Shown one piece after another: positions 1 to 9,812 of a stretch of 64,000 nt of DNA. Each line of letters begins with the position of its first letter. Within the stretch, counting starts at the first letter, position 1. The DNA is from Pseudomonadales bacterium (lineage in GTDB: Bacteria > Pseudomonadota > Gammaproteobacteria > Pseudomonadales > JAHRWD01). The notes beneath the pieces are model-generated. The model did not search any database, was not told the origin of the DNA, and saw only the letters and a list, made by a program, of their open reading frames with translations. The stretch is taken from NCBI GenBank assembly GCA_029210125.1, contig JARGPR010000001.1:326812-390811 (forward strand), read 5' to 3'. A program made the position numbers and the translations under genes.

Positions 1-22
1 AATTTGAATCGGAGATTTTTAC

Positions 23-286
23 ATGAAAAATGATACTTCAATGATAGCAAAGGCAGCATTGGCTGGCGTATTGGCCGTTGGACTTAGCACTGGCGCCACC
101 AGTGCATTGGCGGGCAAGCCGGGTATGGAAAAATGCCAGGGTATAGTTAAAGCTGGAAAAAATGATTGTGGTACCAGTAAACACGGCTGTGCTGGCCAGG
201 CGGCAACGGATAACGCTTCCGAAGAGTGGATATATCTGCCGGTCGGTACCTGTGCAAAAATCGCAGGTGGAAAAGTAAAAAGCTAG
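23..286 (+). CDS. bufA: Bufferin-type RiPP precursor (DUF2282/BufA1-like): signal peptide plus 4-Cys core
   Basis: 87 aa. Hydrophobic signal ends SALA|GK. Core EKCQG..AGKNDCG..HGCAG..W..GTCAK fits the DUF2282 consensus as I remember it. DUF692, DUF2063 and DoxX genes follow directly. Confidence 0.75.
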   Translation: MKNDTSMIAKAALAGVLAVGLSTGATSALAGKPGMEKCQGIVKAGKNDCGTSKHGCAGQAATDNASEEWIYLPVGTCAKIAGGKVKS

Positions 287-307
287 TAGCCTTTTGAGTT
301 TCGCAGG

Positions 308-1204
308 ATGTCGCATAAACCAGTAACCCCGTATCCGATATCGGGTACGGGGTTGGGTTTACGGTTCGAGCACTATCAGCGCATCCTTACGGAGCGGCCC
401 GATGTTCCCTGGTTTGAAGTTCTGGTCGATAACTACATGGGCAGAGGCGGATTACCGCTTCACTACCTCGAACAAGTTTGTCAGCAATACCCAATCACCT
501 TTCATGGGGTTGGCATGTCATTGGGTTCAACGGACCCTCTTAATCTCGAATACTTTAAACAGCTTAAACAACTGAAACAGCGCTTTGAACCAGTTCATAT
601 TTCGGATCACATAGCCTGGATCTCAGTGTCCCGCCAGTACATGCATGACCTTATGCCACTGCCCTACACACTTGAAGCTCTGAACTTGATTTCAGATCGA
701 ATCTCACAGGCGCAGGAAATATTGGGTGAATCTATCCTGGTTGAAAATCCCTCTAGTTATCTTTCATTTAGCAACTCTGAAATGACCGAGGTGGAATTTA
801 TTCAGGGCGTGCTGGACAAAAGTGGCTGTGAGCTTCTGTTGGATGTAAACAATATTTACGTCAGTGCAAAAAACCAGGGTTTTGATGCCTGTGCATACCT
901 TGATGGGATTCCAGTCGGTAAAGTTAAAGAGATACATCTGGCTGGTTTCGAATACAGAGAACATTATCTTTACGATACCCATGGCTACCAAGTGCGCGAA
1001 GAGGTCTGGGATTTGTATCAGTACGCCATTCAGCGTTTTGGTTCGGTGCCGACTTTAATCGAATGGGATAATGATGTGCCGGAGTTCGATACCTTGCTGG
1101 ATGAAGCCGAGAAAGCGAATTCAATTTTGAAGTGCTCTGTCACGCCCAGATCTGCGGCGCCCCTTCGTAGCTCAGTTAACAGCAGTGTAAAGAAATCTGC
1201 ATGA
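308..1204 (+). CDS. bufB: DUF692 / MNIO (multinuclear non-heme iron oxidative) enzyme, BufB/MbnB-like
   Basis: 298 aa. TIM-barrel-like DUF692 signature regions (GLGLR..H, FHGV..SLGS, ISDHIAW, VENPS, IHLAG). Starts 22 nt after the precursor stop. Confidence 0.75.
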   Translation: MSHKPVTPYPISGTGLGLRFEHYQRILTERPDVPWFEVLVDNYMGRGGLPLHYLEQVCQQYPITFHGVGMSLGSTDPLNLEYFKQLKQLKQRFEPVHISDHIAWISVSRQYMHDLMPLPYTLEALNLISDRISQAQEILGESILVENPSSYLSFSNSEMTEVEFIQGVLDKSGCELLLDVNNIYVSAKNQGFDACAYLDGIPVGKVKEIHLAGFEYREHYLYDTHGYQVREEVWDLYQYAIQRFGSVPTLIEWDNDVPEFDTLLDEAEKANSILKCSVTPRSAAPLRSSVNSSVKKSA

Positions 1205-1223
1205 ACTATTTCTATCCATCGCC

Positions 1224-2006
1224 GTGATTAACCTTCGTGAACAGCAGCAGCTATTTTTGGAGGCTGTTTTTAAGGGCGAAAACAGCGCCGCTAGTGAACA
1301 GCTTTCGCACCTGATTGTTGGGACTGAAAATATGTCCGCACAACAGCATATCAATATCTACCGTGATGGTGTGTTGGGCGGTTTAACCCAGGCATTGTCG
1401 GATACTTTTCCCGTATGTTTAGCGCTGGTAGGGGAGCAATTCTTTAATGCGATGGCTGGACGGTTTATACAGCAGCAGGCTTCGGGTAGTCCTGACTTAG
1501 GAGATTATAGTCCTCTATTTGCAGGGTTTATCGAAAAATTTGAACCTGCGGAACAACTTTTTTATTTGGCAGATGTTGCACGGCTAGAATGGCATTGGCA
1601 TCAGGTATTCCACGAAAGAGACGACAGTCGCCTCGATTTTGAAGCGTTATCTGAGGTGGGGGAGCAGGATGTTACGTTTCGCCTGGTTACGGCTGGACGG
1701 TTGATGTCATCCCCCTGGCCGATTCAAAAAATTTGGCAGGTTAATCAACCAGGTTATCAGGAAAGTGCTTCTGTCGATCTTGATGAAGACGAAGTGTTTT
1801 TATGGATTTGGCGTAACAGCTATGAAATGAGAATTGATCCCGTGGATGCAGATGAGTGGAAACTGCTAAATGCACTAGCGGAACATAAACCATTTTCTCA
1901 GGTCTGTGATGAACTGGCGGCGGAAAAAATTGATTTAATTTCACTGCTACCCAGGTTTGTTGAAAAAGGCTGGATTTGTGACTTTAGTGTTTGTGGCAAA
2001 GAATAA
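1224..2006 (+). CDS. bufC: DUF2063 partner protein of the MNIO enzyme (BufC-like)
   Basis: 260 aa with GTG start. N-terminal Q..F..A.. motif and INIYRD typical of DUF2063. Position immediately after the DUF692 gene. Confidence 0.65.
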   Translation: MINLREQQQLFLEAVFKGENSAASEQLSHLIVGTENMSAQQHINIYRDGVLGGLTQALSDTFPVCLALVGEQFFNAMAGRFIQQQASGSPDLGDYSPLFAGFIEKFEPAEQLFYLADVARLEWHWHQVFHERDDSRLDFEALSEVGEQDVTFRLVTAGRLMSSPWPIQKIWQVNQPGYQESASVDLDEDEVFLWIWRNSYEMRIDPVDADEWKLLNALAEHKPFSQVCDELAAEKIDLISLLPRFVEKGWICDFSVCGKE

Positions 2007-2023
2007 TAAGCAGGAGAAACAGG

Positions 2024-2467
2024 ATGCTAAGTACAATTGTCAAAATGAGAATCGGCTTATATTCATGGGTTGAACGGCTTACGCCTATTCTTGATATCGC
2101 GTTACGGATTTGGATAGCACGGGTATTTTTTCTTTCCGGCTTAACCAAAATTCAGACATGGGAAACGACCCTGTTGCTGTTTGAATATGAGTACGCGGTA
2201 CCGGTAATTTCGTCTCAGCTTGCGGCCTATATGGCAACCGCTGGTGAATTAATACTGCCGGCTTTGATTGCGTTGGGGTTGTTTACCCGCTTTGGGTTGG
2301 CTGGATTGTTTGTGCTGAACCTGGTCGCTGCTATCTCATATCCCGATATCAGCCCAGCGGGAATTCAGCAGCATATAATGTGGGGGCTATTGATGGTTGT
2401 GTTGCTTATCCATGGGCCAAAACTATTTTCAGTAGACAGATGGCTGGATAAAAAATTTGGAAACTAG
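2024..2467 (+). CDS. DoxX-family membrane protein (fourth gene of the bufferin operon)
   Basis: Four predicted TM helices. AGGAGAAACAGG precedes the ATG at 2024, so the track start at 1991 (TTG) is probably spurious. Confidence 0.65.
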   Translation: MLSTIVKMRIGLYSWVERLTPILDIALRIWIARVFFLSGLTKIQTWETTLLLFEYEYAVPVISSQLAAYMATAGELILPALIALGLFTRFGLAGLFVLNLVAAISYPDISPAGIQQHIMWGLLMVVLLIHGPKLFSVDRWLDKKFGN

Positions 2468-2472
2468 TCTAT

Positions 2473-2505
2473 TAATACCTCGCTGTTGAATAGCAGCGAG
2501 GTATT
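2473..2505. terminator. Bidirectional hairpin between the DoxX gene and alaA
   Basis: Perfect 13-bp stem TAATACCTCGCTG / CAGCGAGGTATTA with a 7-nt loop, between convergent genes. Confidence 0.6.
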
Positions 2506-2525
2506 AGCGTGGCAATAGAAATTGG

Positions 2526-3740
2526 CTACTGACGATAGCTTTCCAAAAAATGCGCAATTTTTCCGATGGCGATTTCCAGCTCATCCTCCCGAGGTAAAAA
2601 CACCAATCTAAAGTGCTGGGTATCGGGCCAGTTAAAAGCGCTGCCCTGAACCACCAGAAGATGCTCCTGCCGCAGCAAGTCCAGTACCATTAATTCATCA
2701 TCTCTAATGGGATAAACATCCGGGTCTAGTTTGGGGAACAGGTAAAGCGCACCCTTCGGTTTTACACAACTTACACCAGGGATAGCGGTTAACAGCGCCC
2801 ATGCTCTGTCGCGCTGATCACGTAGCCTGCCACCGGGCAGGATTAGATCGTTAATGCTTTGGTAGCCACCCAGCGCGGTTTGAATCGCGTATTGCCCGGT
2901 TACGTTGCAGCATAAACGCATAGAGGAAAGCATATCGAGCCCTTCAATATAGTCTCTAGCTCGATGCTTTGCGCCACTTAAAATCATCCAGCCTACGCGA
3001 AAACCAGCGGATCGATAAGATTTGGATAGCCCGTTAAAAGTTACAAAAAATACGTCATCGGCAAGTGAAGCCGTAGGCGTATGGGCTACCTCATCGTAAA
3101 GAATCTTGTCATAAATTTCGTCAGAAAAAATAATCAAATCATGTTGGCGAGCCAATTCAACAATTTGTTCTAGTAGTTCTTTGCTGTACACAGCACCAGT
3201 AGGATTGTTTGGATTGATGATCACAATACCACGGGTATTGGGCGTGATTTTATTTTTGATATCATCGATATCCGGCTGCCAGTCTGCGGACTCATCACAT
3301 AAATAATGAACGGGTTTGCCACCGCTAAGGCTGACGGATGCGGTCCATAGTGGGTAATCCGGAGCAGGCAATAGAACTTCGTCGCCGCTATTAAGCAGCG
3401 CCTGCATTGCCATCTGAATCAGCTCGCTGGCACCGTTGCCCAGGTAGATATCGTCAATGGCTACGTCACTAATACCTAATCGCTGTGTTTCCTGCATCAC
3501 TGCTTTACGGGCAGAGTATATCCCCTTGGATTCTGAGTAGCCCTGGGCTGCCGGTAGGTTGCGGATCACGTCCATTACAATCTCTTCTGGCGCATCAAAG
3601 CCGAAGGGTGCCGGATTACCGATGTTGAGTTTGAGGATACGATGGCCATCCTCCTCCATAATATTGGCCTGTTGTAATACCGGGCCACGAATATCGTAGC
3701 AGACATCGGAGAGTTTGGTGGATTTCAAAAAATGTGACAT
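2526..3740 (-). CDS. alaA: PLP-dependent glutamate-pyruvate aminotransferase AlaA
   Basis: 404 aa. Long colinear similarity to E. coli AlaA/YfbQ as remembered (KLNIGNPAPFGFDAP, INPNNPTGAVYS, FNGLSKSYR). Confidence 0.85.
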   Translation of the reverse strand: MSHFLKSTKLSDVCYDIRGPVLQQANIMEEDGHRILKLNIGNPAPFGFDAPEEIVMDVIRNLPAAQGYSESKGIYSARKAVMQETQRLGISDVAIDDIYLGNGASELIQMAMQALLNSGDEVLLPAPDYPLWTASVSLSGGKPVHYLCDESADWQPDIDDIKNKITPNTRGIVIINPNNPTGAVYSKELLEQIVELARQHDLIIFSDEIYDKILYDEVAHTPTASLADDVFFVTFNGLSKSYRSAGFRVGWMILSGAKHRARDYIEGLDMLSSMRLCCNVTGQYAIQTALGGYQSINDLILPGGRLRDQRDRAWALLTAIPGVSCVKPKGALYLFPKLDPDVYPIRDDELMVLDLLRQEHLLVVQGSAFNWPDTQHFRLVFLPREDELEIAIGKIAHFLESYRQ

Positions 3741-3939
3741 GGGGACTTTGAATCTTTGATCAGTTACAGTGGGTAAAAAAATAGTACTGCGGAAACATCT
3801 GCTCCGCAGGGAGATGATTATATACCCTGACGGCCAGCCGCGAGAGATGATTTTTATATTCAGAGCGGTCAGAATGTATCAAGGTGTGCAATCAAACCCC
3901 ATAACTTAATTTGCCAGGAAATATGTAAGGATTATTACA

Positions 3940-4341
3940 ATGCCTAAATTCACCAAAACTGAACAGCAGTGGCGAGATCAATTAACCGAAGAGCAATATA
4001 GAGTAACTCGCGAGGCGGGAACCGAAAGACCATTCACCGGTGAATACTGCGACACCACTGAGAAGGGTGTATACCAGTGCGTCTGTTGCGGTACCGATCT
4101 ATTTGAATCCGCTAGCAAGTTCGATTCAGGTTGCGGTTGGCCCAGCTTTGATAGCTGTCTTGGAACCAGTGATGAAATAGTCTCTGAAGCGCCTGATGCC
4201 AGCCTGGGGCATATGCGAACAGAAATTACCTGCACTAACTGTGATGCTCATCTGGGTCACGTGTTTGAGGATGGCCCTACGGATACCGGTTTGCGGTATT
4301 GTGTGAACTCGGCCAGTTTGAATTTTGGTACCGAAGACTAA
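3940..4341 (+). CDS. msrB: Peptide-methionine (R)-S-oxide reductase MsrB
   Basis: 133 aa. Two CxxC zinc motifs ([17 protein letters not shown]) and the catalytic RYCVNS. Confidence 0.9.
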   Translation: MPKFTKTEQQWRDQLTEEQYRVTREAGTERPFTGEYCDTTEKGVYQCVCCGTDLFESASKFDSGCGWPSFDSCLGTSDEIVSEAPDASLGHMRTEITCTNCDAHLGHVFEDGPTDTGLRYCVNSASLNFGTED

Positions 4342-4404
4342 TGAATAGTGGGGTGGAGTTTAGATGGGCGAGGCGGGATAAGAGCAGTGAGCTAATCGTA
4401 TAAA

Positions 4405-4462
4405 TCAGCGCCGGGTCAAGGCGACCCAGCGCTGAAGAAGATCACCTCAGGGAGAGGTGATC
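4405..4462. terminator. Two adjacent hairpins between convergent msrB and the acyl-CoA synthetase gene
   Basis: 4405-4435 forms a 13-bp stem with one mismatch. 4440-4462 forms a perfect 9-bp stem GATCACCTC/GAGGTGATC. Confidence 0.5.
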
Positions 4463-4481
4463 ACGAGCGGTATAGAACGGA

Positions 4482-6089
4482 TTAAGCAATGCCAAGCTGC
4501 TCTTTAGCGTAATTGGTAACCCGTTTGTAGTCAGATTTACCATTTGGCGCTCTGAAGATAGTGTCGTTGAATAACACTCTCTTTGGAGCTTTATAGGCAG
4601 CCAATTTTGTTTTTACAAAGGCAATCATCTCTTTTTCTGTGGGTGTATGGCCAGGGGTTAATTGCACCAAAGCCGTTACCGACTGCCCCCATTTATCATC
4701 GGGAACACCTACTACCAATGCATCCTCAACCCCTTCATTGGACTTTAATACCTCTTCGATCTCTTCTGGGTATATTTTCTCACCGCCAGAGTTGATACAA
4801 ACACTACCGCGGCCCAGCAGAATCAAGCTGCCATCAGCACGCACCTGACACCAGTCACCGGGAATGCTGTATCGCTCGCCGTTGATGGTAGGGAAGGTTT
4901 TTTCGGTTTTCTCAGGGTCCTTGTAATATCCAACCGGCAGGTGGCCCCGCATTGCGATAAAACCAACCTCATCACTGCCAGGTGTGACCTCTTTGAAATC
5001 CTCGGTAAAGACCTTGCAGGTTGGGCCAATTTCAAATTTTGCCGACGCAACCTCTTCACCTGCACGGGTTTCAACACCACCAAAACCAAGTCCTTCCGAT
5101 GAACCAAATTTGTCCAGCAGTACCATGCCAGCATGATGCTTCAGCAGGCCTTTTTTGACATCCGGGCTCCACATTAGGCCCGATGAAGTGATTCCCACCA
5201 ATGAAGAAAGGTCCCATTTACCAGGGTTTTCTTCCAGGGCATTTAACATCGGTTTAGCAAAGGCATCACCAACAATTGAGATGGCATTCACTTTGTCCCG
5301 TTCAACGCAGGTCCATAGTTCATTGGCATCAAATTTGAGCATCGATTGGGTCACGATGCAGCCACCGCCAGCCATGCCCGCCATCGCTGTCAGCATACCG
5401 GTACCGTGCATCAGCGGACAGGCAACCAGTATCCTGGCACCACCGCCGGCCGCTTTAACGTTAGCGACATGTTCGGCAAGATCCTTTGGTGGAGCAGTGA
5501 GTGCATTTGAGCCGCCCTCGTCACCCCAAATGCTGGTTTGACGCCAGATCACACCCTTTGGCATGCCGGTGGTTCCACCGGTGTAGAGGAATACCTGATC
5601 ATCCGGGGATCGTTCAATATCGAGGGTTTTGCCGTCGCCGGTGTTGACGAGGTCTTCGTATTGAACTGCGCCTTCAATTCCTTGAGCGCCGTCCTGCACT
5701 TCAATCCAGTGCTCAACCTTTGGCAGGTTGGGTTTGATAGCTTCAACGCGATCAGAGAACTCGGTGGAGTAAAAGACTGCTTTAGAATCGGAGTTATCGA
5801 TAATGTAGTGAAGCTCATCCGCCACATACCGGTAGTTGATATTTACGTGAACCAGGCGTGCTTTGAAACAAGCAACTTGAAGCTCGCTGTATTCCGGGAC
5901 GTTTCGTAGATAAAAAGCGACTTTATCGTTGGTCGTTAGGCCTCGCTCTAGTAGTTGGGACGCCAGATTGTTGGTGCGGAAAATGAAATCAGACCAGGTA
6001 GTTACCTTACCGTCATGAATCAATGCGGGGTTATCCCCCGGTATCACTTCCCCAATCGCATCGCTTATATCGCCATAATTCCAGCCCAT
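4482..6089 (-). CDS. AMP-dependent acyl-CoA synthetase/ligase
   Basis: AMP-binding motif YTGGTTGMPKGV plus GDW..DG..LGR and the C-terminal K. GGAG lies 7 nt before the ATG at 6089, so the first 16 codons of the track ORF are probably not translated. Confidence 0.8.
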   Translation of the reverse strand: MGWNYGDISDAIGEVIPGDNPALIHDGKVTTWSDFIFRTNNLASQLLERGLTTNDKVAFYLRNVPEYSELQVACFKARLVHVNINYRYVADELHYIIDNSDSKAVFYSTEFSDRVEAIKPNLPKVEHWIEVQDGAQGIEGAVQYEDLVNTGDGKTLDIERSPDDQVFLYTGGTTGMPKGVIWRQTSIWGDEGGSNALTAPPKDLAEHVANVKAAGGGARILVACPLMHGTGMLTAMAGMAGGGCIVTQSMLKFDANELWTCVERDKVNAISIVGDAFAKPMLNALEENPGKWDLSSLVGITSSGLMWSPDVKKGLLKHHAGMVLLDKFGSSEGLGFGGVETRAGEEVASAKFEIGPTCKVFTEDFKEVTPGSDEVGFIAMRGHLPVGYYKDPEKTEKTFPTINGERYSIPGDWCQVRADGSLILLGRGSVCINSGGEKIYPEEIEEVLKSNEGVEDALVVGVPDDKWGQSVTALVQLTPGHTPTEKEMIAFVKTKLAAYKAPKRVLFNDTIFRAPNGKSDYKRVTNYAKEQLGIA

Positions 6090-6356
6090 AGTCATTCTCC
6101 AATTAGTTATTGTTAGATCCAAATGATATGCCGTCATGATAGCGCCCTATCCTCAAAAGTAGAAGAGTAGTTTGGAGTGGTCAGCTAAGGATCGAGGTGG
6201 CTGGTTGGTGGGTATCGGCCCTTAAACTGCCGGAGCAGGTGGGCCTGTGCGACACAAAAACTTAATAAAAGTGTCATTGGATTGTATTTTTTGGCCGTGA
6301 TGATCCCGTTATCCATTGCGAATGGCGCTTTGGATTACGCCTAAAATAGGTCAACT

Positions 6357-8078
6357 ATGATTGATATTGAATCCATACTGCAAAATAAATTCCCTCAAAT
6401 GAGCATAAGTAAAGGGTGGTTCTCCCGTTCATTGCTTTACTTGCTAAGAAAGGTATTGAGAGAGCAGCAAATTAATCAATTTATTGAGCAAAACAGCGGT
6501 GCTGAAGGCGTTGATTTTATCGACAAAATATTCGCGAAATTCAATATAGGTTATACGCTTTCCAGCCAGGATCGTCTGAAAATACCAGAAAGCGGTGCGT
6601 TACTCATAGTGGCTAATCACCCGATTGGATCCATGGATGGCCTGGCTCTTATGCGGCTTATTTCAGAAGTACGGCCAGATGTTAAAGTCGTTGTAAATGA
6701 TTTGCTTGCCTATATTGAACCACTGCGCCCAATGATGCTGCCGGTTGATAATATGGGGAATAATACCAGCAAGCATGATTTAAAGAAGTTATACAGGGCG
6801 ATAAAAAATAATGAAGCGCTAATTTTTTTCCCCGCCGGTGAGGTTTCTCGCATGAACCCGTCCGGTGTGCGTGATAGCAAGTGGAATAGTGGTTTTTTAA
6901 AGATAGCCCAGCGTTTTAACGCACCTGTTTTACCTGTTCATATCGGCACACGAAACTCCTGGCTATTCTACTTTCTATCAACACTCAACAAGAGTTTTGG
7001 AACACTCCTCCTGGTTCGGGAAATGTTCAATAAGCAAAATACGATTTTCCCTATAAAAATAGGCGATATTTACGGTGGCGATTTGATCGGTAAAAAAGAT
7101 AAAACAGAAGAGTTAAAAGTGAGTGAAATTCGCAGCTCCGTCTACCGGCTCAATAAGCGCTCAAGCAACAAAAAAACAAAACTTAACAATTCACCCAATA
7201 CGATTTATGCACTACCAGAAAGCAAAAAACAGTTAAAAAAAGAGCTGCTCGAATCCCAAAAGTTGGGTCAATTTCGTGATGGTAAACTCATTTATCTGTA
7301 CGATTATTTTGAAAACTCCGCAGTCATGAGAGAAATTGGCCGCCTGCGAGAGGTCACCTTTCGGGCGGTAGGCGAGGGTAGTGGTCGGTGCCGTGATCTG
7401 GATACTTATGACCGCTACTATCGGCACATTGTGTTGTGGGATGACAATGATCTTGAGATTGTCGGCTCGTACCGTATTGGTGAGTGCCAACCTATGGTAA
7501 CCAAAGGCGGGTTGGAAAGCCTGTATGTAGACTCGCTGTTTGAGCTAAATGATTCGTTTCTGCCCTATATAGAACAGGGCATTGAGTTAGGTCGAAGTTT
7601 CGTGCAACCGCAATATTGGGGCAAGCGTAGCCTGGATTACCTCTGGCATGGCATTGGCGCCTACCTGAGCCAATACCCAGAGGTGAAATATATGTTTGGT
7701 CCTGTTTCCATCTCTAATGATTATTCAGAGCAGGCTAAACAAAAACTGGTGCGCTTTTATGCAGGCTATTTTGAAGACCAAAACGGTTTAGCCACGGCTA
7801 GAAACCCCTATCCCATCACGGAAAAATGGAAACCGGGGAATGATTTCCGGGAAGATTTTGTGGCACTGAAATCAAGTTTGAAGCAGTTGGGTTACTCAGT
7901 CCCCACGTTATTCAAACAGTACACCGAAGTTTGTGAGCATGAAGGCGTGCGATTTATCGATTTCAATGTGGATGCTGATTTTGGAAATTGTGTGGATGGT
8001 TTAATTCTGGTGGAGGTGGATAAACTTAAACCCGCCTCAATTAAACGTTATATGAGTAATCGACTGGATGTAGCCTGA
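6357..8078 (+). CDS. Bifunctional lysolipid O-acyltransferase (PlsC-like) + GNAT N-acyltransferase (OlsB-like), OlsF-like aminolipid synthase candidate
   Basis: 573 aa. The N-terminal half carries NHPIGSMDG and FPAGEVSR acyltransferase blocks. The C-terminal half carries REVTFRAVGEG..YRHIVLWD, typical of OlsB/hemolysin-like GNATs. Confidence 0.55.
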   Translation: MIDIESILQNKFPQMSISKGWFSRSLLYLLRKVLREQQINQFIEQNSGAEGVDFIDKIFAKFNIGYTLSSQDRLKIPESGALLIVANHPIGSMDGLALMRLISEVRPDVKVVVNDLLAYIEPLRPMMLPVDNMGNNTSKHDLKKLYRAIKNNEALIFFPAGEVSRMNPSGVRDSKWNSGFLKIAQRFNAPVLPVHIGTRNSWLFYFLSTLNKSFGTLLLVREMFNKQNTIFPIKIGDIYGGDLIGKKDKTEELKVSEIRSSVYRLNKRSSNKKTKLNNSPNTIYALPESKKQLKKELLESQKLGQFRDGKLIYLYDYFENSAVMREIGRLREVTFRAVGEGSGRCRDLDTYDRYYRHIVLWDDNDLEIVGSYRIGECQPMVTKGGLESLYVDSLFELNDSFLPYIEQGIELGRSFVQPQYWGKRSLDYLWHGIGAYLSQYPEVKYMFGPVSISNDYSEQAKQKLVRFYAGYFEDQNGLATARNPYPITEKWKPGNDFREDFVALKSSLKQLGYSVPTLFKQYTEVCEHEGVRFIDFNVDADFGNCVDGLILVEVDKLKPASIKRYMSNRLDVA

Positions 8079-8105
8079 CAATCAGCCTATTGAATCGCCA
8101 AGAGT

Positions 8106-8152
8106 TTGACCAACTGAACCACCCCTTAGGACGGGGTGGTTCAGTTGGTCAA
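8106..8152. terminator. Strong bidirectional hairpin
   Basis: Perfect 20-bp stem TTGACCAACTGAACCACCCC / GGGGTGGTTCAGTTGGTCAA with a 7-nt loop, between convergent genes. Confidence 0.65.
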
Positions 8153-8195
8153 CAAAACAATAGAGGGGCTGTTGAGTGACTGGTAGCCTGTCAAA

Positions 8196-9812
8196 TTAGG
8201 CTACGTTAAAACCTTCGTAACCCGTGTTTGCCTCCTTATCGCAGATTTCTCTATAGATTGGTGCACCACCCATATAAACGATGTAGCGTGGTTTATCTTT
8301 GCCCTCAACGTTTGAGTTTTGGCCAGAGATCCAGGAAGGAACCTTCATAAACATCGACATAGAAGCGGCTTCTACAACACCTTTAGTCCAGTCATTCTCG
8401 GACTGTTCTTTTGGTTCAATTTTATTGAGTTTATGCTCAGTCATGTACTGAATAGTGTCGCTAACCCATTCAACATTTTGCTCTATACAGCGGGGGATAT
8501 TACAGAGAGTCGCTGTATTTTGAGGGCCGACCAAAGTGAACATATTGGGGAAGCCGACAACCTGTATACCAAGATAGGTTCTAACCTCCTCATCCCATTT
8601 GTCCTTGAGTTTAGCGCCGCCTTCGCCACGAATATCGATGCGATCAAACGCCCCGGTGATGCCATCAAAACCCGTTGCATAGAACAGCATATCCAGCTCA
8701 TATTCTTTTTCGTCGGTTTTAACGCCCTTGGCCGTTATTCTCTCAATCGGATGATCCTTGACGTTTACCAGCTCGACATTGTCCTGGTTGTATACCTCGT
8801 AGTAATTGGTTTCAAGGGGTACACGCCTGGTGCCATAGCCATGATCGGTTGGGATCAGGTTTCGCGCAGTTTCGGGGTCATTTACACGTTGCCGAATTTT
8901 ATTGGCAATAAAGTCCGTCATATATTGATTGGCTTTATCATCCATCAAGGTGTCGTAATAGGCACCCACCCAAACACCAAAGCCAGGTTCAGAGTAAAGC
9001 TTTTCATAAAGTGCTTCGCGCTCCTCAGGCGTAGCATCATGGGCGCTGGTCATAACCGGAGAATGCAAAAAACAGCCGCTTGTTTCCAGGCAGGTTTTGA
9101 ATATTTCAGGATAACGTTTTTTGAGATCAGCCTGCTCTTCCGGCTTGATCTTGCTGTTGTTCAGCGGTGCGCACCAGTTGGGGCGGCGCTGGAACACCGT
9201 GAGGTGTTTGGCTGTTTTGGCCACCTCCTGAATAGTTTGAATGCCTGTTGCACCGGTGCCAATCACGCCAACACGTTTTCCTTCAAAACTAACCGGCTCA
9301 TGGGGCCAACGGGCCGTGTGCCAGGAATCACCCTTAAAGTCATCGATGCCGGGAATATTCGGCATAGTGGGTGCGGAGAGTGGCCCTATAGCCGTGATCA
9401 AGAACCGCCCATCAGCCTGGATACCGTCCTCCGTCTCAACCAACCATCGCCCGCTGGTATCGTTATAGGTCGCTGATTTTATTTTGCTATTGAATTGAAT
9501 ATCCTTGCGTAGATCGAACTTATCAGCAAAGTAATTCAGGTATCGAAGGGTCTCTGGTTGCCCGGCAAAATGTTCATCCCAGTCCCATTCCTCTAACAGC
9601 TCTTCCGAAAATGAATAGGCATAGCTGTAGCTCTCTGAATCAAAGCGTGCACCGGGGTAGCGGTTCCAATACCAGGTTCCGCCAACACCATCGCCGGTTT
9701 CAAAAACTCGAACCTTGAGCCCCTGTTGGCGAAGCTTGAGAAGTTGGTACATGCCGGAAATACCGGCTCCAATGATGATTGCATCAAATTGTTCTGCGTT
9801 ATTATTAGACAT
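8196..9812 (-). CDS. Baeyer-Villiger (type I flavin) monooxygenase
   Basis: 538 aa. GAGISG FAD fold, BVMO fingerprint FKGDSWHTARWP, and a second GTGATG NADPH fold. Confidence 0.85.
   Translation of the reverse strand: MSNNNAEQFDAIIIGAGISGMYQLLKLRQQGLKVRVFETGDGVGGTWYWNRYPGARFDSESYSYAYSFSEELLEEWDWDEHFAGQPETLRYLNYFADKFDLRKDIQFNSKIKSATYNDTSGRWLVETEDGIQADGRFLITAIGPLSAPTMPNIPGIDDFKGDSWHTARWPHEPVSFEGKRVGVIGTGATGIQTIQEVAKTAKHLTVFQRRPNWCAPLNNSKIKPEEQADLKKRYPEIFKTCLETSGCFLHSPVMTSAHDATPEEREALYEKLYSEPGFGVWVGAYYDTLMDDKANQYMTDFIANKIRQRVNDPETARNLIPTDHGYGTRRVPLETNYYEVYNQDNVELVNVKDHPIERITAKGVKTDEKEYELDMLFYATGFDGITGAFDRIDIRGEGGAKLKDKWDEEVRTYLGIQVVGFPNMFTLVGPQNTATLCNIPRCIEQNVEWVSDTIQYMTEHKLNKIEPKEQSENDWTKGVVEAASMSMFMKVPSWISGQNSNVEGKDKPRYIVYMGGAPIYREICDKEANTGYEGFNVA

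Noticed and set aside
8319-9476. 385-aa ORF on the + strand
   Set aside because: It is entirely antisense to the well-supported Baeyer-Villiger monooxygenase gene. The sequence is low-complexity and biased with no recognisable family, as is typical of a shadow ORF. The same reasoning applies to the other long antisense ORFs in the track, for example 5155-5909, 20641-20935, 42761-43168, 52056-53348, 53893-54399, 55366-55689, 56279-57526 and 57664-58500.
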